DNA from: an uncultured bacterium
GTDB lineage: Bacteria > Gemmatimonadota > Gemmatimonadetes > Gemmatimonadales > Gemmatimonadaceae
Length of the DNA: 40,935 nt
Direction: 5' to 3'
Assembly (NCBI GenBank): GCA_963978095.1
Contig: CAXBQP010000029.1
Span: 1-40,935 of the forward strand
Position numbers and translations under genes: made by a program. Positions 27,988 to 35,157 of this stretch are shown here, in pieces; the first letter of the stretch is position 1; every line of letters starts with the position of its first letter. Below the pieces are notes generated by a model. The model made no database searches. It was not told the DNA's origin and worked only from the letters and a program-made list of their open reading frames with translations.

Positions 27988-28715
27988 CGTGCCTCACCCG
28001 AGCCGATGGCGCGGCGCCACGCGACGCCCAGCTGCTGTGGATCCTCACCCGCGATCCGTGCGAATCGCCATCCCGCGCTTGTCGGAAGATGATCCCGGGC
28101 CGCGCGCCGCACCTGCGGGTCGACCCAATCGTGAAAAAGGATGACGGCATTGGCCGGCATCCGAGGCGCCACGATCCTCAGCTCATCACCGACGCCCGCA
28201 TAGTCGTGGCGGCTGTCCTGGAAGAAGACATCCGGCACCACGGTGTCGAGGACCGGCGGCATCGACTCGACCGATGGCTGTCCGCGATGCATCACGATCC
28301 ATGGCCGCAGAGCGGCCGCGATGTGCGCTCCTGCTTTCGGGTACAGGTCGAAGGTATGCACCGCGGTACCGCGGGTCGCGCGCACGGCCGCAGCCAGAAT
28401 GGAGGTCGAGAACCCCCAGTAGGTGCCGGTCTCGAAGACGATCGTGGGTCGCGCGGCGCACACGATCGCGAACAGCGCGCGCGCGGTGTCGGGGTGGACG
28501 GTGTTGGAGCGGGCGAATCCCGCGTCGAGTCGGCGAACGATCGGTGCCGGCAGCCATCGGCGCAGCTGGGTCTCGCGCCGGAGCAGGCGCACCATCGGGG
28601 CGAGCGCTTCCGTGAGCACATCGGCGGGCGGTTCGGTGAGCGCGCCACCGAGCGCGCCACCGAACGCCTCGGACAGGAAATCGGAGAGGGAGACGACGCG
28701 GTGGTCGTCGCTCAC
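27984..28715 (-). CDS. Class I SAM-dependent methyltransferase (Methyltransf_24-like)
   Basis: FETGTYWGFST, TFD, FFQDSRHDY and LFHD. Start inferred at the GTGA overlap (28715), with alternatives at 28721 or 28739. Confidence 0.78.
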   Translation of the reverse strand: MSDDHRVVSLSDFLSEAFGGALGGALTEPPADVLTEALAPMVRLLRRETQLRRWLPAPIVRRLDAGFARSNTVHPDTARALFAIVCAARPTIVFETGTYWGFSTSILAAAVRATRGTAVHTFDLYPKAGAHIAAALRPWIVMHRGQPSVESMPPVLDTVVPDVFFQDSRHDYAGVGDELRIVAPRMPANAVILFHDWVDPQVRRAARDHLPTSAGWRFARIAGEDPQQLGVAWRRAIGSGEAR

Positions 28716-29689
28716 GACCATCCGGTGGACCGGCGCCACACTTTGCGGTCGAGTCGCCAGTAGCGCTTGACCGAAAACTCTTCATCGCCCGGGAACATCT
28801 CGCTGTCGACGACCGCGTCGGTGAAGTTGTTGCCGTTCGCCGAGGACTGGTCGGCCCAGTGCAGCAGTTCCGCCTCAAGCGTCATCGGGCGCACGGCGGC
28901 GCCATGCTCCGGCAGGCCGTGATGCGACTGGATGAAGTGGTGCAGCTCGAGTTCCTGCACCTCCGTCAATGTGCCGGGTGGCAACGTGCGCAGGCGGCGG
29001 TCGAGCATGAGCGATCCGAGCACGATGTGCTGCAACAGGTAGCCGGCCTGCGTGTAGTCGAAGCCTGCGGCGCCGACCGAGTACGTCTCGACCTTCCCGA
29101 TGTCGTGCAGGAGCGCGCCGGCGGTGACGAGATCACGGTCGCCCCCCATGGTGGCGGCCGAGTGGCGTGCGATCGAGGCGACCTCCACGACGTGCAACAG
29201 GAGTCCCCCGACCAGCGCGTGGTGCCCGCGCGGGGCACCCGGGGTGCGCTCGAAGCGCGACCGGAACTCGTCGTCGGCGAAGAAGAGATCCACCGCCCGG
29301 CGCAACGCCGTGGAGGACATTTCGCCGCGCCACGCGTCCACCTGTGACCACAACGACTCGGTGGACTGGCGGATGCGCGGGAGGAAATCGTCGAGGTTGA
29401 TGGCGGCGCTGGGGACCACGCGCGGCGGGGTCGACAGCTTGATCTGTCGGCGTCCGAGGTAGAACTCGACCGTGCCGATGACCTGCACGACCATGCCGGC
29501 CTTGATGCCGGCCATGGCGGCGACCTGTTCCTTCCAGATGTTGGCGCTGATCGTGCCGCTGGCGTTGCCCAGTTGCAGCACCACGAAGGGATCGCCGGTC
29601 TTGGTCTGCTTGTCCTCGCGCGCGCGCACCATCAACTCATGCTGGACGCGTGTGCCTTCGACGAGCGATGGGATATCGAGGATGGCCAC
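28712..29689 (-). CDS. OB-fold + HD-domain 3'-5' exoribonuclease (YhaM/Cbf1-like)
   Basis: N-terminal OB fold (TKTGDPF..L.L..ASG.I.A.IW), HHALVGGLLLH, LLHDIGK, HIVLG, SHHG..EHG and P.TLEAELLHWAD. Confidence 0.88.
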   Translation of the reverse strand: MAILDIPSLVEGTRVQHELMVRAREDKQTKTGDPFVVLQLGNASGTISANIWKEQVAAMAGIKAGMVVQVIGTVEFYLGRRQIKLSTPPRVVPSAAINLDDFLPRIRQSTESLWSQVDAWRGEMSSTALRRAVDLFFADDEFRSRFERTPGAPRGHHALVGGLLLHVVEVASIARHSAATMGGDRDLVTAGALLHDIGKVETYSVGAAGFDYTQAGYLLQHIVLGSLMLDRRLRTLPPGTLTEVQELELHHFIQSHHGLPEHGAAVRPMTLEAELLHWADQSSANGNNFTDAVVDSEMFPGDEEFSVKRYWRLDRKVWRRSTGWS

Positions 29690-29761
29690 AGGGGTCTGCG
29701 CGTTCGCGCGCGGCGGAGGAAAAACGGGGCCGCGTCCACGATCACGGACGCGGCGCTGATG

Positions 29762-30898
29762 TCAGGGTTTCCAGTCAGCCATGAAAAGATTGGTCTCGTG
29801 CGGCTGAGACCCGTACCGATTTGATGCCCAGAGGAGCTTTTTGCCGTCCGGACTGAAGATCGGGAACCCGTCGAACTCCGTGTTGTGGGTGACCTGCTCG
29901 AGTCCCGACCCGTCCACGTTCACGAGGTAGAGGTCGAAGTTGCGGCTCTTCGGATTCGTGTAGTTCGACGAGAAGATGATCCGCTTGCCATCGTGCGTCC
30001 ATGAGGGGCCGAAGCTCGCACCACCCAAATGGGTGATCTGTCGCTGGTTGGACCCGTCGGCATTCATCACGTACAGATCCATCTTGTTCGGTCGGATCAT
30101 GTTCTGCTTGAGCAGATCGCGGTACTGCGACAGTTCGGTGCTGTCCGTCGGGTGGTACGCGCGGTACACGATCTGCTTGCCATCCGGGGACCACCAAGGA
30201 CCGCCGTCGTAGCCCGGCGTCGTGGTGAGCTGCTTCACGTCCGTGCCGTCGACATTCATGGTGTAGATGTCGAGATCCCCGCCCTTGAGCGACGTGAAGA
30301 CGATCCGTCTGCCATCCGGCGAGAGCACCCCTTCGGCGGTGTATACGCCGTAGTTGGTGAGGCGCTTGAGCCCCGAGCCGTCGCGGTTGACCGTGTAGAT
30401 GTCATAGGGATCGATCCCCCACACATAGCCCTTGGACGGATCCGGCACCGGCGGGCAGGCGCTGTCCGCCATGTGCGTCGACCCGAAAAAGAGCCGCTTG
30501 CCGTCCGGGAGGAACCAGCCGCAGGTGGTCTTGCCGGCGTTCGGCGACACGCGCGTACGCGCGGTGCCGTCGACCTTCATGACGTACTGCAGGTCGCACT
30601 GATGCGCTTGCCCGGGAATCTGCGCCTGGTAGGTGATCCACTGGCCGTCGCGCGAGAAATACGCCTCGGCGTTGCTCCCGCCGAAGGTGAGCTGGCGGAT
30701 ATTGTGCAGATGCGATGTTTCCCCCGCATCCGCTGGTCGGGCCACCGGCTTGGTCGGTGCGGCGGTCGGTGCGACGGGTGCCGTGGAAAGCGGTATCGGG
30801 AGTGGAGCCTTGGCCGCCGGGCGGCCTTGGGCTCCAGCGCCGGCCGTGGCCACCGCGACGAGGAGCGCGGTGGACCGGACGCATGTTGGGAGATTCAT
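29762..30898 (-). CDS. Secreted TolB-like beta-propeller (PD40 repeats)
   Basis: Signal peptide, with repeated QLT/RLT...SPDG..IVF units and NAEAYFS. Confidence 0.85.
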   Translation of the reverse strand: MNLPTCVRSTALLVAVATAGAGAQGRPAAKAPLPIPLSTAPVAPTAAPTKPVARPADAGETSHLHNIRQLTFGGSNAEAYFSRDGQWITYQAQIPGQAHQCDLQYVMKVDGTARTRVSPNAGKTTCGWFLPDGKRLFFGSTHMADSACPPVPDPSKGYVWGIDPYDIYTVNRDGSGLKRLTNYGVYTAEGVLSPDGRRIVFTSLKGGDLDIYTMNVDGTDVKQLTTTPGYDGGPWWSPDGKQIVYRAYHPTDSTELSQYRDLLKQNMIRPNKMDLYVMNADGSNQRQITHLGGASFGPSWTHDGKRIIFSSNYTNPKSRNFDLYLVNVDGSGLEQVTHNTEFDGFPIFSPDGKKLLWASNRYGSQPHETNLFMADWKP

Positions 30899-30907
30899 GA
30901 GAGTGGG

Positions 30908-32518
30908 CTAGTGTTGCTTGGGACGACCAGCGCCGGGGGCCGGAGCGGCCGCAGCCGCGAGGGCGAGCAGCTCTTTCGTACTCTTGCCGCGTCGCAAGAG
31001 TTCCAGCGCCTTCTGCAGCTGCGGGTCATCATGGAGATCACGGCGCTTGGCCGTGCTGTCGCCCCACGCGAGCGTGGCGATCTTGCCGTCGAGCAGCCGG
31101 TCGATGTACTTCACGCCGGCATCGAACTCCTTGCGGTCCACCGTGACGCCGCGCTTGACGAGGCGCGCGTAGAACTCATCGCGCATGGCCGGGGTGATCA
31201 CGAAATCCGGCTTCACCTGCTTGCTCATCTCGAACGAGTAGTCGTACAGCGCGAGGTACGTGTCCTGCTGCTTGGAGAGCATGGCGCGCGCCAGCTTCTG
31301 CTCGGCGGTCGTGAAGGTGTCGTACGGGACGATCACGTCCGGCGTGATCGCCCCACCGCCGTACACCACGCGCCCACCGTCACTCTTGTACTTCGGGCGG
31401 TTCTGGCGCACGGCTTCGGTCTCGAGGGAATCCGGCTTCACCTCCACGAGCTGGCCGTCATCCGTGAGCTTGCGTTCCTTCTGGATACTGCGCCCGCTCG
31501 GCGTGTACCACTTGGCGGTCGTGAGCTTGATGGCGTAGCCGCCGTCGAGCCGGTACATGGACTGCACGAGTCCCTTGCCGAACGAGGTGGTGCCGACGAC
31601 GAGCGCGCGATCATGATCCTGCAACGCGCCCGCGACGATCTCGGAGGCCGAGGCCGAGTAGCCGTCGGTGAGGACGACGAGCGGAATCTTCGGAGCGATC
31701 GGCGTCATGTCCGTCACATGCACCTGCGGCGGCTCGCCGCGCCCGCGCACGCTGAGGATCTCCTTCCCCTTCTCGACGAACAGATTGGTCATCGTGTCGG
31801 CCTGCTCCAGGAACCCGCCGGGGTTCCCGCGCAAGTCGAGTACGAGGCTCGTCGCGCCTTCGGCGACGAGGCGCTTGAGATTGTCCGTGACTTCCTTGGC
31901 CGCGGTCTCGCTGAAGCCCTGGACCGGGATGTAGGCGGTGGTGCCGTCGAGCATGATGGCGTAGGGCACGGCCGGAATGCGGATGACGCGCCGCGTGAAG
32001 GTCACCGCGAACGGCTCCGTGGTGCCCGGCCGCACGAACGTCGCGCCGACCTTGGTGCCCGGTTCCCCCTTCAACCGTCCGGAGACCATCTCGATCTTCC
32101 AAGTCGCCGTGATGCGGGCGGTGTCGATCTTGACGATCCGGTCGCCGACGCGAATCCCCGCTTCGTCGGCCGGCGTATGCGGGAACACCTTGGCGATGAC
32201 GATCGTCCCTTCCTGCTGCTCGATCTGCATGCCGACGCCGGCATAGAACCCGCCCGTCGTCTGGTTGAACGCCTCCAACTGCTTGGGCGAATAGATCTCG
32301 GCGTAGGGATCCTTGAGCTCGGCCACGAGCCCGCGGGCGGCCTTCTCGTAGAGCGAGCCGATGTCGACCGAGTCGACATACCGGTCGCTGACGATGGCCA
32401 TGACCTGTTCGAACAGGCGCACACCACTCTGCGCACCGCGCTCCTGGAACACGAACGCGCCCGCGATGAGGGGGATGAACGCGAGCCCGATCAGGGCTGC
32501 CTTGGGAAGTCTGCGCAT
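30908..32518 (-). CDS. S41 C-terminal processing peptidase (PDZ)
   Basis: LKDPY, PDZ region, DLRGNPGG, SASASEIVAGALQDHDR, SFGKGLVQ and TTAKWYTPSGRSIQ. Start is ATG 32518 or GTG 32533. Confidence 0.93.
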   Translation of the reverse strand: MRRLPKAALIGLAFIPLIAGAFVFQERGAQSGVRLFEQVMAIVSDRYVDSVDIGSLYEKAARGLVAELKDPYAEIYSPKQLEAFNQTTGGFYAGVGMQIEQQEGTIVIAKVFPHTPADEAGIRVGDRIVKIDTARITATWKIEMVSGRLKGEPGTKVGATFVRPGTTEPFAVTFTRRVIRIPAVPYAIMLDGTTAYIPVQGFSETAAKEVTDNLKRLVAEGATSLVLDLRGNPGGFLEQADTMTNLFVEKGKEILSVRGRGEPPQVHVTDMTPIAPKIPLVVLTDGYSASASEIVAGALQDHDRALVVGTTSFGKGLVQSMYRLDGGYAIKLTTAKWYTPSGRSIQKERKLTDDGQLVEVKPDSLETEAVRQNRPKYKSDGGRVVYGGGAITPDVIVPYDTFTTAEQKLARAMLSKQQDTYLALYDYSFEMSKQVKPDFVITPAMRDEFYARLVKRGVTVDRKEFDAGVKYIDRLLDGKIATLAWGDSTAKRRDLHDDPQLQKALELLRRGKSTKELLALAAAAAPAPGAGRPKQH

Positions 32519-32658
32519 CGAGATCCGAGTCACTCGTAAGAGAAGAAAGGAGAATACCTAGTCCGCGCGCCCGTCGCCACGGCGAGTTTCGTGCCATGCG
32601 TGGAGACGACGCATGATCGAACCAGTTCAACTCTATACGGCACAACGGGATAGATCGT

Positions 32659-33504
32659 TCAGGCGGCCTTGTGACCAAGGCGATATCGCACGATCCAGTC
32701 CTTGCCGGCTTGCTCGATGACGGCCTCGCGCACGACCCCTGACGTCACGAGCATCTCGTGGGCGGGCTGCAGGACGCGTTGGAGGTGGGACGGGAATCGC
32801 TGCACCAGGGGGAGTTGCTCGGCGAGTTGCTCGAGGCCGATGCGCCAGGTCGTGTGTCCCTCCGCGCGCGCCAGCTCCAGCAAGCGGTAGAGGCGACGGG
32901 CGACGGGGCTGTTGAGCGCCCAATACTGCGACGACGAGAGGGCGATGCTCCACCGCGCGGCGATGTTGGCGCGGAGCGGCGCGGCGATCGTCACGCGTGC
33001 GTCTCCGGGCTCGTTGTTCGTGAGCAGCGGAAAGAGTCCGAGTTGGTCGCGGTCCGTGAGCCGACGGCGATCGATCTGCACGAGGGCCAGTATCGCCAAC
33101 GGCCCCGAGACGTGCGGGCCGTCGGCTCCTTCGCGGTAGCATGCCGAGGATTCGAGCAGGGTCCGTTCGAGCCGATTGAGCGCGGAACGGAGTTGCTCGT
33201 AGGTTCGACCATCGACGCGCCGCCCCATGGCCCGCAGGAACGCATGCAGCGTGAAGGTGACCGTCCCATCGGCGGGCGCGCCGGCGTCGTGATAGCGGCG
33301 CATCAACTCGACATACACGTCCTGGTCGAACGTACCCGGCAGTCGCTCTCCGGGTGCCGGCAGGACGCGCCAGCGACCGCCCGCGGGCGGGGACCAGCTG
33401 ATCACGGCCTCCTCGGCCGAGTCGCTGAGCCGAAAGATGGGGAGCGCCTCAAGGGAGCGATCGAGCACGATGGTGCGCGAGGGCTGCTTGCGGCGCGTGG
33501 CCAT
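32659..33504 (-). CDS. Plasmid-type replication initiator protein A-like winged-helix protein
   Basis: P.FRLS, LPGTFDQDVYVEL, FTLHAFLRAMG...GRTYEQLRSALNRL, Y.AL.SPVARRLYRLL and L.PAHE.L...G match RepA (RPA-family) initiators. Start ATG 33504 is inferred. Confidence 0.75.
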   Translation of the reverse strand: MATRRKQPSRTIVLDRSLEALPIFRLSDSAEEAVISWSPPAGGRWRVLPAPGERLPGTFDQDVYVELMRRYHDAGAPADGTVTFTLHAFLRAMGRRVDGRTYEQLRSALNRLERTLLESSACYREGADGPHVSGPLAILALVQIDRRRLTDRDQLGLFPLLTNNEPGDARVTIAAPLRANIAARWSIALSSSQYWALNSPVARRLYRLLELARAEGHTTWRIGLEQLAEQLPLVQRFPSHLQRVLQPAHEMLVTSGVVREAVIEQAGKDWIVRYRLGHKAA

Positions 33505-33571
33505 CAGGCGCGGGGAGGCAAGCCGCGGCGCGTCGACCGCGCGCGCGGCCGGCGGTGATCGGGTTGCGGAT

Positions 33572-34117
33572 TCATCGCAGCTCCTCACGGCCGAGCGCGG
33601 CGCGCACCGCTTCGCGGATGGCGATGATCACGGCGTCGCGCGCCGCAGGCGAGTCGTCGCGGACGTTGAGCTCGATGCCGTCCGCGACCGGAAGCCGGCG
33701 CCAGCTGACGGGTGCGTCGTCATCGTGCGCCACGGCGCGATCACTGCCGGCGCCGAGTGCCGGGGCGAGCGACTGCGCGACGCGTCGCTCGAGCTGATCG
33801 CCGGTGACGTCCTGCATCTCCGCCTTGATGGCGTCGAGCGTTTGCCCTTCGCGCTGACGGATCTTGATGGCAAGCAACTGCAGCAGATGCCGATAGTGAT
33901 ACGTGGCGGCCGTGCCTTTGCCTTCGGGATGATCGAGCAGCCCTGCCGCAACATAGAAGCGGACGGCGCGGGCACTCGGTGTGGCTCGTGCGGAGGCGTT
34001 GGTGGGGCGCATGCCGGCGGCATCGACGAGCGAGGTCGCATGCGAGGCGAGTCCCCGGGCGTTCCATGGAGCGTGGCGCGCGTGGGCGCGCAGAAGTGCG
34101 ACGGAAGACTCAGCCAT
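33572..34117 (-). CDS. MerR-like HTH protein
   Basis: PSARAVRFYVAAGLLDHP...ATYHYRHLLQLLAIK.RQ.EG.TL.AI and a C-terminal WRRLPVADGIELNV. Confidence 0.82.
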   Translation of the reverse strand: MAESSVALLRAHARHAPWNARGLASHATSLVDAAGMRPTNASARATPSARAVRFYVAAGLLDHPEGKGTAATYHYRHLLQLLAIKIRQREGQTLDAIKAEMQDVTGDQLERRVAQSLAPALGAGSDRAVAHDDDAPVSWRRLPVADGIELNVRDDSPAARDAVIIAIREAVRAALGREELR

Positions 34118-34203
34118 TCGGATACAATAACTCCGTCGGGGCGAAACTTCGAGAAAGGGGCGGGCCGGGGCGGAGGCGGCCGACGGGGGCTGGGATTGGA
34201 GAC

Positions 34204-34239
34204 AACGGGGGGTACGCGATGATTCGCGCACCCCCCGTT
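34204..34239 (-). terminator. Stable hairpin downstream of the H1-like gene, likely terminator
   Basis: AACGGGGGGTACGCGA-TGAT-TCGCGCACCCCCCGTT is a 16-bp stem with one G-U pair on the minus-strand transcript. The U-tract is weak. Confidence 0.65.
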
Positions 34240-34275
34240 CTCCCGGACGGCCGAGGCCGTGGGAGCGAACTCCGG

Positions 34276-34995
34276 TTACTTCTTGCTCTTGGCCTTGGCG
34301 GCCTTCTTCACGACTTTCACGACCTTCTTCGCGGGCTTGGCCGCCTTCTTTGCGGCCTTGACCGGCTTTTTGGCGACTTTGACGCTCTTCTTGGCGGGCT
34401 TGGCGCTCTTCTTGGCTGCCTTGACCGGCTTCTTGGCGGCGGCCTTCGCAGGCTTCTTGGCCGGTGCCTTGGCCTTCGCCTTGGCCTTGGCCTTCGCCGG
34501 CGCGGCCTTGGTGGGTTTCACCGCCTTTTTCACCGCCTTCTTTGCCGCCTTGGCGGGCTTCTTCGCCGGTGCCTTGGCCGGTGCCTTGGCCGGTGCCTTG
34601 GCCGGTGCCTTGGCCGGCGTTTTCGGGGCCGGGGCTGGTGCCGGAGTGGCGGCAGGCGCGGCAGGCGCGGCCGTCACGGGGGCCGCAGTCTCGGAGGCCG
34701 GCTTGCGGCCGCGCTTCCGCGGGGCGCTCAGCCCACCGCCGAACAGATCCGAGTCGTCGTCGTCGTCCATGACGCCAGCGTCGGGAGCGAGTTCGCCCGA
34801 GGCGCTCTCGTCGTCGTCCTCATCCGAGTCCTCGGTGCTGTCCCACAGCGAGTCGCTCTGGTCCTTGTTGATCGCCCAGCCGCCGTCCTCGTCCTCTTCG
34901 TCGTCGTAGGGAATTCCGCCGCCGCCGTATCCGCCGAGTTCCTCGCCGTCGTCGTCGCCGTAGCCGCCAGCGGCCATTGCCTCGCCGAAACTCAT
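34276..34995 (-). CDS. Disordered protein with acidic N-terminus and Lys/Ala/Pro-rich histone-H1-like C-terminus
   Basis: Strong SD AGGAGG, D/E-rich first ~83 aa, PRKRGRKP, then PAKA/AKK repeats to the C-terminus. Confidence 0.8.
   Translation of the reverse strand: MSFGEAMAAGGYGDDDGEELGGYGGGGIPYDDEEDEDGGWAINKDQSDSLWDSTEDSDEDDDESASGELAPDAGVMDDDDDSDLFGGGLSAPRKRGRKPASETAAPVTAAPAAPAATPAPAPAPKTPAKAPAKAPAKAPAKAPAKKPAKAAKKAVKKAVKPTKAAPAKAKAKAKAKAPAKKPAKAAAKKPVKAAKKSAKPAKKSVKVAKKPVKAAKKAAKPAKKVVKVVKKAAKAKSKK
34565..34617. repeat. Four perfect 12-bp tandem repeats (encode PAKA units)
   Basis: GCCGGTGCCTTG x4 plus a partial fifth copy, inside the H1-like gene. Confidence 0.9.
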
Positions 34996-35157
34996 GTCCT
35001 GCCTCCTGTCACAACGTTCAATGAAAGATGGACGCCGTGGTCCACCGCTGAATACGGAGATCGCGCACAGTCGTCACCGCGTTGTGGAACGCAGCTGCCC
35101 GCTGAGCCACAGAGTATATGACACGGGTCGTCCGCACAAGGTTCGTCCGGCGCGCCC

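Noticed and set aside
32519..33571. Iterons, DnaA boxes or an integrated plasmid around the repA-like gene
   Set aside because: No repeated 17-22-bp units or TTATCCACA boxes were seen. Only short palindromes occur (e.g. GAAC-CA-GTTC, CATGCGT...ACGCATG), and there are no mobility genes.
34259..34909. Plus-strand 216-aa very hydrophobic ORF resembling a membrane protein
   Set aside because: It is the antisense shadow of the Lys/Ala-rich gene (Lys AAG/AAA codons read as Leu/Phe-rich on the other strand). The minus-strand gene has the SD and terminator.
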